Source of the DNA: Phaeosaccion multiseriatum
Taxonomy: Eukaryota > Protista > Ochrophyta, other classes
Direction: 5' to 3'
Length of the DNA: 64,000 nucleotides
NCBI GenBank assembly: GCA_965112735.1
Contig: OZ218954.1
Coordinates: 3,906,001 to 3,970,000, forward strand
Positions 9,849 through 23,175 of the stretch are shown one piece after another. The notes below the pieces were generated by a model that was given only the letters and a program-made list of their open reading frames with translations, ran no database searches and was not told the DNA's origin. Position numbers and translations under genes: made by a program. Position 1 is the first letter of the stretch; each line of letters opens with the position of its first letter.

Positions 9849-12462
9849 TCAATCTCTCTGCCGGAGCTTCCTCTCCTCCCCTGCCAGCAGCCTCCTCGCC
9901 TCCGTCAGGTCCACATCTGCAGACACCATGTCACTCAAGGCCACGAAGAAGGCCCGCGTGTCCACGAGGCAAGCCCAAAAGTCCCTGCAGGTGCCCATGT
10001 CGTCCGGCTCCCCCCCCTGGGGAGGCAGGGGGGAGCTCCTGCGACTGATCCAGCTGGTGCTGCTCAGGCTGCTGTTGGCGTTGGTTTCGCGAGAAATCTC
10101 CCACCAGGGGGGCAGGTTGCTACTACCGCTGCTACTTTTGCTACCACTACTACTACTATGACGCTCTCCTCCTCCTCCTCCTCCTCCTCCTCCTCCTCCT
10201 CCTCCTCCTCCTCCTCCTCCTCCTCCTCCTCCTTCCTCCTCTCCCCCCTCCTCCTCGGGACAGAGGCTGCCTGCCGCTCGCGCTCCCCCCCCGCCCGACA
10301 CACTCTCCATCATGGCCCTCGTGTTGAGCTGCGCAAGTCCCTGCTCGGGGAAGAGCTGCATGAACTCCGCCCCTCTGCCCAACACGTCCTGCATCAACTC
10401 CAGAAAGGCCTCCCGAATGGCCAGGTCCTCGCCCGTAGGACTGTACATGGACACCAACGCTTCCACCCCAGGGGTACCCCGGGGGGACCTCCGCCGCAGA
10501 GGAGACATGGAGGAGGTCCGCCGCCGGAGCGGAGACATGGAAGAGATGGAAGAGGGTGTGTGCACCTCCTCCTCCTCCTCCTCCCCTCCTCCTCCTCCTC
10601 CTATCCCCGGCGACAGAGGAGTCACCGCCCCCTGCTTCTTGAGGCGGTGCAAGCCTCGCCCCAGGGCCATGAGGTCCTCCTGTGCAGGTGTCAGCTTCAC
10701 CTGTTGGTGATCCGACGCCGCATCGGCCTGTGAGTATGACGACTCTGCGTGGAACAAGTCTTGTTCGCCGCTCTCCTCCTCTTCCTCCTCCTCGTCGTCA
10801 TCGTCGTCGTCCTGCTTGCCTCCGTCGCAGAGCGGCAGCGGCAGCAGCAGAGGGAAGGTGTCAGTCGCGCTGCTGTCCCCCTCGCCCTCTCCTGGCTGCT
10901 GCTCAGGTTCCAGACACGGGGGACAGCGGTCGTAACCGTCGATTTCCGGCACCAGAATGGCTTGAGTCGCCCGGTGCACCTGAAGAAGACATGGCATTGA
11001 GAAAGATCGTGACATGGGGGGCACGGAAAGGGAAGGGAAGTGACGCATTAGAAAGGAAGGTAAGAGACGCATTTTCACCCGCACCCACGCATCCGCACAT
11101 ACACAGATACACACCCACACACATACACACAAGAGAGGTCAAAGCTGAAGGGCTGACAAAAAACCAACCTCCTCTCTCCTCTCCTTTCCTTTCCCCTCGC
11201 CTCTCCTCTCCATTCTCCTCCCCTCCCCTCCCCGTTCCTCTCCTCTCCTTTCTCCTCCCCTGCCCTTTCCCCTCTCTCTCCTCTCCCCCCTCCGACCACG
11301 GAATAACAAACAAGCACTGACCTTGGCAACCGCCCCTCTTGGCCAGGGCGGCAGCTTGGCAGCGTGGTGCAGCTTGCCCGCCGCAGCCTTCTGAGTGGCG
11401 GACATCGCCGGAGAGGGCTTTAGTGTGGCCTCATCAAAATCGAGGTCTACATGCACAGCACGGCTCAGCATGCGCCGCACACACTCCAGGGCGTTGCTGG
11501 GCGGGCCTGTCACACACACGTGCGCTTGGGCATCCTGTGGGGGGGGTGGGGGGGAGGGAGGGAGGAGGGAGGGAGGGAGGGAGGGAGGGAGGGAGGGAGG
11601 GAGGGAGGGAGGGAGGGAGGGAGGGAGGGAGGGAAGAGGTAGGATGGGAGAGGAGGTAGGATGGGAGAGGAGGTAGGATGGGAGAGGAGGGGGGGGAAGG
11701 AAGAGATGGAGAGGAGAACGGCAATTTGGGGTTGGAGGGGAGGAGAGGGGCGGCGAAGTAAGAGCTAGAGGCGTAGTCGAGGCGTATGGGCATGAGAAGC
11801 GAAAAGGCAGGGCCAGGTTGGGCGTGTGTGGGACCAAACCGGCTCTACCCTTCCGCTCGACTTCCAACATTCGCTGATCAACGCCAAGTGACGCACGCAC
11901 ACACGTACGCACACACGCAGACCCGCACGCACAAACGCTCACACACGCACACGCCCATACCCTTGCCCCCACAGGCGCCGCTCTCACCGTCTTTGCCGCT
12001 CCCAGGCACGACTCACTCGTGCGCACCCCCCACATTGTTCCCAAGCGAAGGTCCGAAGCACCCGCCTCTGATGAGTCTCCGCCCACACCGCCCCATCCGC
12101 CGCCGCCCGCCCCTCTGCTGCCATCCCCATTGGCCAGGGCCATGCAAGTGAGGCTCGAATCCAGGCCTACGAAGAAGGGGCGGCGTGAGGGGCCTCCTGC
12201 TGCTGCTGCTGCTGCTGAGGAGGAGGAGGAGGAGGATAGAGAAGGGCCGTTGGTGGGAGTGGAGCCGAGGTTGTTGGCCACTTCTTGCTCGGACATCTGA
12301 GGGGGGAAGAGGGAGGAACGGTGGGTGGGTGGGTGGGAGGGAGGGAGGAAGTCATTGAGTGAGTGAGAGGAGAGCGTGAGATACCTGAAATAATGAGAGG
12401 AGTGAGGAAGTGATTGAGTGAGTGACTGAGTGCATCATTGGGAGAGAGAGAGAGGGAGAGAG

Positions 12463-12500
<38 letters not shown>

Positions 12501-15500
12501 GAGAGAGAGAGAGGAGAGAGAGAGAGGAAAGAGGGAGAGAGAATGAGAGAGAGAGACAGGGATCATGGATGTTGGGTATTGAGGGGCACACGATAGGATG
12601 GGAGGCAGGGGCCCTCAGATGGCGCACTCGAATCACCACTTTGCCTACCTGGTTGGTGAGGTTGGTGGGCGATCGCCAGTTCGGGCCCATTCCCCCCGTG
12701 GGCGTCCTCTGCTCCGTCGCCTCCTGAAGAGACTGGAGAGTCAGGCCCGTCGCGCGCGCGTGTGTGTGTTTGTGTTTGTGTGTGTTTGTTCGTGTGTGTG
12801 TTTGTGTGTGCAATCGTGGGGACCGATGGAGGAACGGCCGCAGAGATGAGATTGAATAACGGTCACCCCAATGGTCACAACAATGGTCATCAGTACACGG
12901 GAGTAAGGCAGAACGGACACGCACACGGGAGGAAGGTAGAAGGGGGCGTCAGCAAAGTTGGAGTAGGGTGGTAGGGTGGTAGACAAGTAGGCAAGTAGGC
13001 GACCAAGCGGCGGAGGAAATACGAAAAAGAGTTTACTTATAAAAGAGAAGATGGAGCGAGCGAGACACTGCAGCACAAATAAATAACACTTCGTTTCATC
13101 ACGTATATGTATACAATGCACACGGCCACACACGCACGCACACACATCAAACACGCACGCACACACATCAAACACGCACGCACACACATACCCACCTGAC
13201 TCCTCCAGAACCAAAACACCTCCGTGGCGGGCAGGAGAGGGACGTAGGCGTAGTGCCACTGCAGGGGGTGCATGAGGGCTCGGAGACCCTCGCAGCAGAG
13301 CGTCACAAGGGCGGGGTCTTTACCGCTCACCACCACGGAGCGTTCGAGCACAAGCGCTTCCAGGGCAGTCAGTATAGTGCGTAGGCTCAGAGTCTTGGGG
13401 GCGGGGGGGGGAAGAGGGGGAAGAGGGGGAAGAGAGGGGGAAAGGACCGGGGTGTTGCTATACGTTAGTGGGAATTGCCGTACGTTAGCGGTAGAGTTGC
13501 TACACCCAGGGGGGGATAGAGGGGTAGAGGGGTAGGTGGGAAGGAGGGTACAAGGTGTAGGGGGTATGCACGTCATGTGCGCACTCCGTGGATGAAGAGA
13601 AAGCCGCGAGGGAGAGGGGCGAGAGAGAGTGAGAGAGAGAGAGACGAAAGGTACAAGTGACTGCCGACCGAAAGGGTCTGAGAGGGTGGATTTCCGATCG
13701 ATTGCCTCTTGCTTCCTCTTCCCTCCCTCTCCCTCACCAGCACGCCTCCTCCTCCCTCCCTTCCCCCCCCTCCCTCCCCCTCCCTCTCCCACCATCTCCA
13801 GCCTGCCTCTCTCAGCGGTACTTCTCAGTCCGTCCCACCCCGCCTCCTTCCGCCTCTTCTACCCACCCACCCACCCACCCACCCACCTGAAAGATTGGCA
13901 GCAGCGGCATGTCTAAAGCTGGCACAGCGCCAGAGCCCCAAAAGGCCCACAGCCGCGGCAGTCGCGTGGCCGGCGGGGCCCTCAGCAGCAGAGAAGAGAT
14001 GGGCCTCTTGTCCTCCATCTCCCTCTCCTTCGTCCTCTCCTTCTCCTTCTCCTTCTCGTCTTGGTCCTCGTCGTCCATATCTCCCGTCTCTGCAAAAAAG
14101 GCGCGGCTGCCCCTCCCCCTGCTGCCCTTACTGCCGCTGCCCTTACTGCCGCCTTGTCCTCCCCCCCCTCCTCCCGACCCCGACTCTGGAGGAGGCTCGG
14201 GGGGCAGAGTTGGTTTCTCCTCCGGCGTGTCTATGTGGAGAGTCGCTTCCAAGGTAGCAGCGAGCTCGTCGTCTGCTCCAACCTCTTCCCCTCTCGCCTC
14301 GGCCTCGCCGCCCTCCCCTCCCCACCCCGTCCCCCCTCCCTCCCTCTCCTTCCCTGTCCCCGTCTCTCCGAACATTTCCTCCTGCCCCAGTCCCTCTCTA
14401 TCCCTCCTCTCCCTCCTCCTCCTCCTCCTGCTCGCTCCTCGCCTCATCTTGTCGCGAGCCACCTGCTCCTCCCGAGCGGCCCGAATGAGGCGCATCGGTC
14501 TCTGAAGCGAGCTATGCTCAATCACTACCGCCCGAAGCGTGTCGAACAGGGGCAGGGGTGAGAGTGCACACACACAGTCGGGTACAAACACCACCTTATC
14601 CATCCCCTTCCCTCCTCCTTCTGTACCACCAACTCCTGTCGGATTCTCCAGCCGTCGCCAGGTGGTGAGGCATGCCCCGTATAGCACTGTATTCATCTCG
14701 CCCTTCTTCCGCAATATACCCCCGTCATTGCGGTCCAGCCTCCCTCCCCCCGCCCCTCCTCCTCCTCCTCCTCCTCCTCCTGTCCGACGTCCCACTGTGG
14801 CCACAAAGTGATGCAAAGTCGGCGGACACAGCTCCAGCCCCTTGCTCTCTCCGCCTCCAAGTTTCAATGCGAGGCCGTGGGCTACCTTCGCAAGTGTCCC
14901 GGGCAGGCAATAACCGGGCAATATCTCCATCAAATCGTGCTCCAACAGCCGCAGCAGCATCGTGTTTAACGGGCCCCGTTTGCTGCCATCGTTGCTCTCG
15001 TCCTCGTCCGGCCTCCCCCCCACCATGACCTCCTCCCCCTCCTTGGCCCCTCTGCGAATCGCCCCTGAAACCGTCATATGCCTCAGCTGCCTCACATGTG
15101 TACGGAACCGCCGCTCCATCTTGGGCTGGTGCACAGGTTCCCGCTTCGCCCTATTGCTGTGGTTGCTATTGGCCTGGGCCTTGCTGTTGCTGTTGCCGTG
15201 CTTGCCCATGCTGCGAGGGGAGGGAGAGCGCTTGCTGAGTGTGCTTTGGGCGGGAACGGAGGGCGCATCCGACCCTAAACAGCCGTGCAGACCTCCCACC
15301 GTGGAGGCGTACGTCCCGTGAGCTGACCCCAGGTCACCTCCCAGGGAGTTCTCGACCTGTTGGGAGAGGGAGGGGAGAGGAGGGTGTGTGTGTGTGGGGG
15401 GGGTGTGCGTCAGCGGGGCTTCGTACAGCAGAGGTACTTGAGAGGTTAAAGGGGAGGGGCCTGAACATCGTTGGAGAGTTGCGAGGAGCAAGGGCCTATC

Positions 15501-17799
15501 GACAGAGGGAGGGAGGGAAGGGAAGAAGACGAAAGAAAGAACAAAAGAAAGAACGAAAGAAAGAAACAAAGAATGAAGAAAGAAAGAAAGAAAGAAAGAA
15601 AGGATGAAGATGAAGCAAAGAAAGAAGAAAGGAAGAAAGAACGAAAGAAAGAAAGAAAGAAAGCCCTCGCAGCCCTCCCCCCACCCCACACAAACACTCA
15701 GGCACACACTGCCAGCACTCACAGGAGTCAGTTCGGTGGATTCCAACACATTAACGTTGAACATGAGCACCATGCCCGCCCCGGCCAGGTCCAGCGTCTG
15801 CAGGGGGTCACACACCCTCGCCTTCCGTAACAGCTCTATCTCTCCCTCCTTCGCTCCTTCCTCTCGACCGTCCCCGCCCCGGCCCTTGCTTCCCTTGCCC
15901 TCCACAGCAATGCTGGGAGTGCCACTGCAGCTGCTACTACTGCTGCTGACGATGCTGCTGCTCCTCTCCTTGCGCAGCCCACCTCCCCAACCAAGCCCTC
16001 CCTCCTCCTCCTCCTCCTCCTCCTCCTCCTTCTCCGCCGTGTCGTCTCCTCCTTCTCCCCCGTCCTCCTCCTCCTGCTGCCGCATGGCATCGCCCAACAG
16101 AGACCTCCTGCCCTCCAACGCCAGCACATCCCCCCCGGGGAGAGGAGCCGCCGATCCGAGCTGACCATCTAGTGCCATCTCCGCGGCCGACAAGCCGATG
16201 CCTCTCCACCCCCCCCGGGGCCTCCCCCCGCCCAATCCACTGCCACCCCTGTCCCTCGCTCGTCCTCCCCCTCTCCTCCTTAGAACCCATGCCGCATTGT
16301 CGAACATCTTCTTGCCCGTACGCCTGCGGGGGAGGAGGACAAGTATGACGATTGAGTGAGCGAGTGTGGCCATTGCCCTTTTCCAGTTCCCAAGTGTGAA
16401 GAAAAATGGAAGGGAGGGGGGTGATGAAGAGAATCTCATCACGGTCGCAAGCAAAGCAAAAAAGCAAGCACAAACACAGCACAGCACACGGCAGTTTTGG
16501 ACCACGGTAGCCCATTGAGGCAACGGCAGACCATCTAGTGCCATCGAGGCAACGGCAGGCCATCTAGTGCCATCGAGGTAGGGAGAGGCTGCATTGAGGC
16601 TTTGGGATAGACGGCATTCCTCCCTCCTTACTCAAGAGACCGGGGGGTGTCGTCCCAGCGCTACCATAATAGTTGCTGATAGACAACCAACTGCCCAACT
16701 GCTGCTATGTATGAACACTCTCTCGTTCTCTCGTTCCCTCTCTCTCCCTCTCTCACCTCCCCCTCCCTCCGGCGGTCACCAGCGGCGGCCAGGGCTTGAA
16801 TAAGTGGACCCAGTTGGGCATCTCTGACTGCTCGAGCTCACTATCAGGCCCCCCGGGGGTGTCCATCCCGTCTCCGGGACTGGCGAGGTGGTGCAGGCTC
16901 GACAGCCTCGAGCTCTCCTGCTCACAGATGGCAGCAGATGAGGCAGGGCAGATGGCAGCATATGGGACACGCGGTGGATGATGGACAGGAGGACAGGAAG
17001 CAGTGAGAGACAGACGAATTGCATTAGGAATAAGGGCAGTGATGCCAAGGAAGATCCATCTGACCTCACCCACCCACACACATCCACATACCCACACTGT
17101 ACACCCTGTCCTGACACCCTCCACCCTCTGTCCCAACACCCCGCACCCCTGACCTGCAGCCTGCTGGGGTCCTTCCTGAGTACGTCCGCCATGTCGTTGA
17201 GCAGCAGTAGCCTTCCCTGGAGCGAGGGAGAGAGGGGAGGGGGGGGAGGAAGACAGACAGAGGGAGGGAGAGGGAGGGAATGAGTGAGTGAGTGCCGCGA
17301 ACGGGTAAATTGTGATTGGAACCTTCCTTCCGTCGTTCCTTCCGTCGTTCCTTCCGTCCTTCCCTCCCCCCCTCTCCCTCCGTTCCTCAGCCCCCCCCCC
17401 CCCCTCCATCCCTCTACCTGCAGAGCCGGACACTCCAAGGCCAGCATGTCCTCCACGAACTCCGTGTAGGTAGGGCTACGCTTGAGGCGGAGGAGGAGGC
17501 GGCTCTCCAGCACCACAAAGGCTTGCTGCTGGGCCTCCAGGAGAGCATCTGCCAACCCAGTTATGTTGCTGGACGGGTGGCAGTGGGTGGTATGGATGGC
17601 AGTGGATGGAGGTGGGGGTTGGGGGTGGGGGTGGGTGAGTGGAGCGGAGGGGAGATGGGCCGAGGCTTTCACCTTCCCTCCACGATCCATTGATTGGGTG
17701 GATGGCAGGAGTGTACACATGCCCACGCACGCACGCACACACACACACACCCACACATCCACACACGCGCACACAAATACAAACACACACACACACACA

Positions 17800-17838
<39 letters not shown>

Positions 17839-19067
17839 GCACGCACACACGCACGCACGCACACGCACCGGGCCAGCTGGTCCTGATCGCTCTGCCTCAA
17901 AAGGCTCGGGCCGCTGCTGATGACTCCGCGAAAGGCACTGAGCCTGCCCAACCGACCGGCGATGGCGGCCCTTGTCTCCTGCGACACCTCCACATCCCCT
18001 GTGAGGCCCTCTGTGAGCCGCTTGCCCTCGTCCAGCAGGCTGCTCAGCACGTGCACGACGCTGTTGCCGGTGAGGTGGTCAAGGGCCTTGAGGACGTTGC
18101 CGCACAGAGGCCGCATGGTGCCGTTGAGGGCCGACCAAGTACGGAAGTTGGCGGACAGGAAGATGGGGCATTCCGTCCCACCGAAGCTTGTGCTGCGGCT
18201 GTTGCGGCTGCCACCACTGCTGCTGAGGTCGGTGGCGCCGTTGCTGCTGTTGCCGGCGGTGGTGGTGGTGTTGAGGGTAGTGCTGCTGTTGCTGCGCGAG
18301 GGGCCTGAGGAGTCCCCGCCTCGCATGTATCGCTTTAGGCAACCGTTGGCCGCGGTGCCCTCCTCCAGCAGGTCCTGAGCAAGGACAAGGGGAGGGAGAG
18401 GAGAGGAGAGGAGAGGCGATCAAGCGACGAGCGAGAGAGCGAGAGAGAGTCAAACGTGAATAAGGGCAAGCGGGGAGGAGAGGGGAGAGCATGAGCAAGC
18501 GACAAGCGAAAGAAATAAGGAGAGAGAGAGCCATGCATGCATCAATTGAGCCATATGCACGCACACACGCACCTGTAGAGTGATGGGGTACGTCATGCGG
18601 AGGTGGTCCACGAGAGCGAGATAGGAGTTGGAGGCAGTGAACTTGGGGAACCAGTATTCACGCAGCTCTAGGGCCACAAGCGCCTGAGGGGATGGGCGGA
18701 GGGAGGAAGGGAGGGGGGATGGATGAGAAGGCGCGCGACCCACGCACAGGCACATACACATACACTCATGCACAGGTACATACACATACACTCATGCACA
18801 CACACTCACACACACAAACTCTCTCTCTCACACACACGCACACACACACACACACACGCACACACACACATGCACACACACACACACAAACTCTCTCTCT
18901 CACACACACACACGCACACACACACACGCACACACACATGCACACACACACACACACATACACACACGCACACGCACACACATACACACACATACACACA
19001 CGCACACACACACACGCACACACACACATGCACACACACACACACATGCACACACACACACAAACTC

Positions 19068-19102
<35 letters not shown>

Positions 19103-21160
19103 CACGCACACACACACACATGCACACACACACACACATACACACACGCACACGCACACACATACACACACACATACACACACACGCACACACACACACA
19201 CGCACACACACACATGCACACACACACACACATGCACACACACACAAACTCTCTCTCTCTCACACACACACACGCACACACACACACGCACACACACACA
19301 CACACACGCACACACACACATGCACACACACACATACACACACGCACACGCACACACACATACATACACACACACATACACACACACACTTTCATTGACA
19401 TACACATGCCTGCGGGAGGGCGAATATGTAACCGCACGGCCATCCCCTGGCGGCGACTCGGGCGGTCTGCTGGAGAACCTCATGCGGAAGGCCGAGCGTG
19501 TCGGGGGTGGAGGGGTCGAAGTACTTCGCAGCGATGCTCTCCTGAAGAGGGAAAGAGACACACACAGCAAGTGGAGCAACAGTGAGGAAAGATTGAATAC
19601 GGGAGTGAGGATTGGGGAAGGGTAACAGCAGGGTCACGGTCAGGGTCACGGTCAGGGTCACGGTCAGGGTCAGCTCTCCGCGAAGGAGACGGAGCGGATA
19701 CAGCACAGGCCCAGTGCGTGTGTGTGTGCGTGCGTGTGTGTATGTGTGGGTGTGTGCGTGTGCGTGCGTGTGTGTATGCATATTGAAGTGTGCGCCTGTG
19801 TTTGTGTGTGCGTATACTCCCCACCTGCCGGCCGAGCATATCCTCTGAAGTGGCCCTGGCGCAGGCCATTCGGTACTGCTCCACCTCGAACCAGAACAGC
19901 AGCTTGTGCGCCTGGGGGGGGGGGGGCGTCCAGGGAGGGAGAGAGGGACGGACGGAGGGACGGAGGGAGGAAGTAAGAGAGAGAGAGCTAGACAGTCAGG
20001 GTGAGAGTGCCGTCCGGCAGTGCTGTGGCCGCCGCACAGAGGCTCAGGACAGGGTAGGATCGGATACGGACACAAAAGATAAACAAGCACAGCTGCGGAA
20101 GGGAAAGGCGGTACCGGTCCCCGCTCACTGACTGGCCGACTGACTGACTGACTGACCAACGGTCTGACTGCCCTCCTTCTTCCTCTCCTTCCTTCCTTCC
20201 TTCCTTCCTCTCTTCCTCCCCTCCTTCCTTCCCTCCTCTCTTGCTCCCTTCCTTCCTTCCTTCCTTCCTTCCTTCCTTCCTTCCTTCCTCCCTTCCTGGC
20301 TGGGTCGCACATGCTGTACGCACCTGATCAAAGCGCATGAGGAAATCAAGGAAGTAGCTGAAGCGGTTGTTGTCATACATCACGGCCTCAAAGTTCCGGA
20401 GGTTCGCGGCCCTCTCGGCCGTCATCTGCCCCCCAAACGACGAGTCCGCGCCTGCCGCACCCGCCGGGGAAGGGACGAAGGGCCCCCCACCCCCAGGGGA
20501 GGAGGCAAGGAGGAGCTCTTCGATGCTCGACTTGTCGACATTCGGCCTTGACTTTATGTCGATATTCGGCCGCCTCTCCCTCGGAGACAAGGTAAGCTGC
20601 TGCTTCTTGCCGCCATCTTTGCCATTCCTGCGAGCACCCGCAGTGCTCTTGCCATTGTCAGTGCCGTTCTTATCGCCGCCGCCGCCGCGGTTCCTGCTGC
20701 TGCTCATCCCCTCTCCCCGGTGTCGTGAAAAGCCCTTCGATGCCGACAAGTCACTCGCCTCCTCTGGTGACAGCGCCCCCGGAGAGGCGGGAGGCAGGGG
20801 CACATCTCCCTCGCCAATGTCGGTGTTGATGATGTCCCCCAGGCTGTCGGGAAGCTTGAAGGGATACTTCTTTGCTGCGGCGCCCAGGGCCTGCCTCATG
20901 AGGGAGGCCTCAGTAGGGGAGGTGGCCCCCGGCTGCGTGTGCGACCTGAGGCTGGAGGGCTGGAGGGGAGAAAAAGGGGTTGGGTGTGAAAAGAGAGAGA
21001 GAAGGGGGGGGTGGGGTGTAAGAGCGTGCCGCACAACAATCGTTGGGGTGGAGGAGAGGAGCAAGTGAGGGAGGGAGGCAGGCAGGGAGGGAGAGAAGAG
21101 AGAGCGAATGCTGCTCAAGCAAGACGGGTGTGGACGCAGAACGCAGGTAGCGCGAACCAT
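9849..21160 (-). CDS. Large multi-exon protein with N-terminal RGS-like domain(s) and uDENN/cDENN/dDENN Rab-GEF module
   Basis: RGS-like spliced segments: [18 protein letters not shown] / [13 protein letters not shown] / [16 protein letters not shown] / [28 protein letters not shown], plus a second [33 protein letters not shown] motifs: [60 protein letters not shown]...[40 protein letters not shown]...LVDTRAF. Start codon uncertain (21160 or ~20899). Confidence 0.85.
18770..19390. repeat. ~620-bp compound (CA)n microsatellite in an intron
   Basis: Continuous ca/cg/ct dinucleotide array with internal higher-order repeats (caaactctctctct recurs 4 times). Confidence 0.95.
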
Positions 21161-21590
21161 TGAGCCAGGTAATGGAGACGGTAGTGATGAGGAAGGAAAG
21201 GGTTTAAAAGAGAAATTAGGGCCAACACTCTGGGAGAGCAGACCCCCCCTCTCTCTCTGTGAGTACTACTGGAGCTCCGCCGTACCTCTCTCCTTTAGAG
21301 TAAACTATCTGCCCTTCATCGCTGGTCTTAAAGGGTATTTTCTCTCTTCTTTGCTTTCTTTGTGATGGATGTGGTGGTGTTTTTGTGTTTTTTGGCGACG
21401 GGAGCGAGGCCCAAACTGCGAATCGAGTTTTAAAGTCGAGCTCAACAAGTCGAATCCGCCATGCACCCCTCTATAATAAGGGGGCGCTCTCCAACAATAG
21501 ACTGCCTCTCTCCTCGGTTTGAGTCTGTACCAGTGGTCCTTTTTGTGTCAAGCATCTTCTCCGCACATACAGTAGGCCGTACGACTGTGT
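21161..21590. promoter_or_regulatory. Probable bidirectional promoter between the divergent DENN and MRS2 genes
   Basis: Short (~430 bp), lower-GC gap between head-to-head genes; TATAA-like word at ~21472. Confidence 0.4.
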
Positions 21591-23119
21591 ATGTGGAAGG
21601 AGGCCGCCATCCTTGAAGGCGCGAAAAGTGGCATGCCTTGTCCCCTCCACCAAGGCAGTAGCAGCAGCAGCAGCGGTAGCAGTAACAGCAACATACACAG
21701 CGTACAGAAAAGGGACAAGGGCCGCCTTCTCAAGCGCCCACGCAAGCCAAGGAGGCTCGAGCTGGTGCTCGTGCTGGCCTTCATAGCGCGCCATGCCCCT
21801 CCTGTGCACGCCCTGGCGCCCTTCTCGACCTCTTCCACATCCTCGAGCGCGACTACGGCTCCTCCACCCCGGCGGCAGACTTCTACTGTATCTTCTGAGG
21901 GCGGAGATGCTTCGCGGAGGCCCTTCTTTGTTGCAGCGCCGAGGGAGGAGCCAGAGACGAAGAGGTACATCCGCAACCAGCAGCAGCAGCAGCAGTGGCA
22001 GGGGGAGCAGGAGGGCGGGGAGCGAAAGGTAGTTCTAACAAGGAGTGTGGTTTTAGAAGGGATAGAAGTGGCAGAAAGGACGGCAACCGCACCGACAGGT
22101 AGTGTGTCGAGGCGGCCGCAGCAAGAGGGGCAGCAGCAGCAGCTGCAGCAGCAGATTGCGCATCGAGACTCGCACTTCCGCCGGCCCGAGCAGTCATATG
22201 GGCAGGAGCAGCCTCCCCGAGATCAGCCACCGCCCCCTCAGCAGGAGCCCTACCAGCACCAGGGTCAGCAGCAGCAGCAGCCGTCATACGCGCGGCAGCA
22301 GCAGCCTTATGGGCAGCTGCAGCAGTCTTATGGGCAGCAGCAGCCGCAGCAGCAGCAGCAGCCGCAGCAACAGCAGCAGCAGCAGCTCCGGTATGAACCC
22401 TCGGACCAGGCCCATCCCTCAGCATACGGACCTGCTGATGCTGCTGCTACGCCTCCACCCTTTTGGGGGAGAGCCCCTGGACTGGGCAGACGCGTGCACT
22501 CCTCTGCTGATGCAGGAGGAGGTGGAGGAGCAGGAGCAGGAGGAGGGGCAGGAGGAGGAGGAGGGGGAGCAGGAGAGGGGGAGGCAGTAGAAGGAGCGGC
22601 AGTAGGAGGAGGAGGAGAGGCAGCAGCAGCAGCAGGAGGAGGAGGAGCGGTACCAGCAGCAGAGGGAGGAGGAGGAGGAGGAGGAGGAGGAGGAGGAGGA
22701 GGAGGAGGAGGAGGGGGAAGGGGGGTGGCCGCGATGGAAGGAGCAGAAGGGGGCTCCCTCAAGGCGCCGCCTGCAAGAACGACTGTAGCACCAACTGGTG
22801 GAGCAGCGCAAAGGGGACCCGCGGTGAAGGATTTATTCCATCAGCCCGACGGCAGCAAATGGGAGTCGCCAGGCTCGGGTATGGCCGGAATCCGAGCTGC
22901 GGCCATGGGAGGATTAGGCAGCAGCAGCACTGGTGGTGCGATGAAGAAGGACATGCCGCAGGTAAAGAGGTGGATACCCGCTATCAGCATGAGGACCGAT
23001 GGCACCATAGGGAACACAGAGGTCAGTGAGCATCGTAAGGGGTAGCGTGATGCAGGAGATGACTGTCCTCCTCCCAGTTCCAGGTTGTGAGGCCTTTCTC
23101 TTTCTCTCTCTGTGCGTGC

Positions 23120-23175
<56 letters not shown>

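Noticed and set aside
17476-19625. Long His/Thr- and Cys/Val-rich ORFs
   Set aside because: Translations of intronic (CA)n/(TG)n microsatellites.
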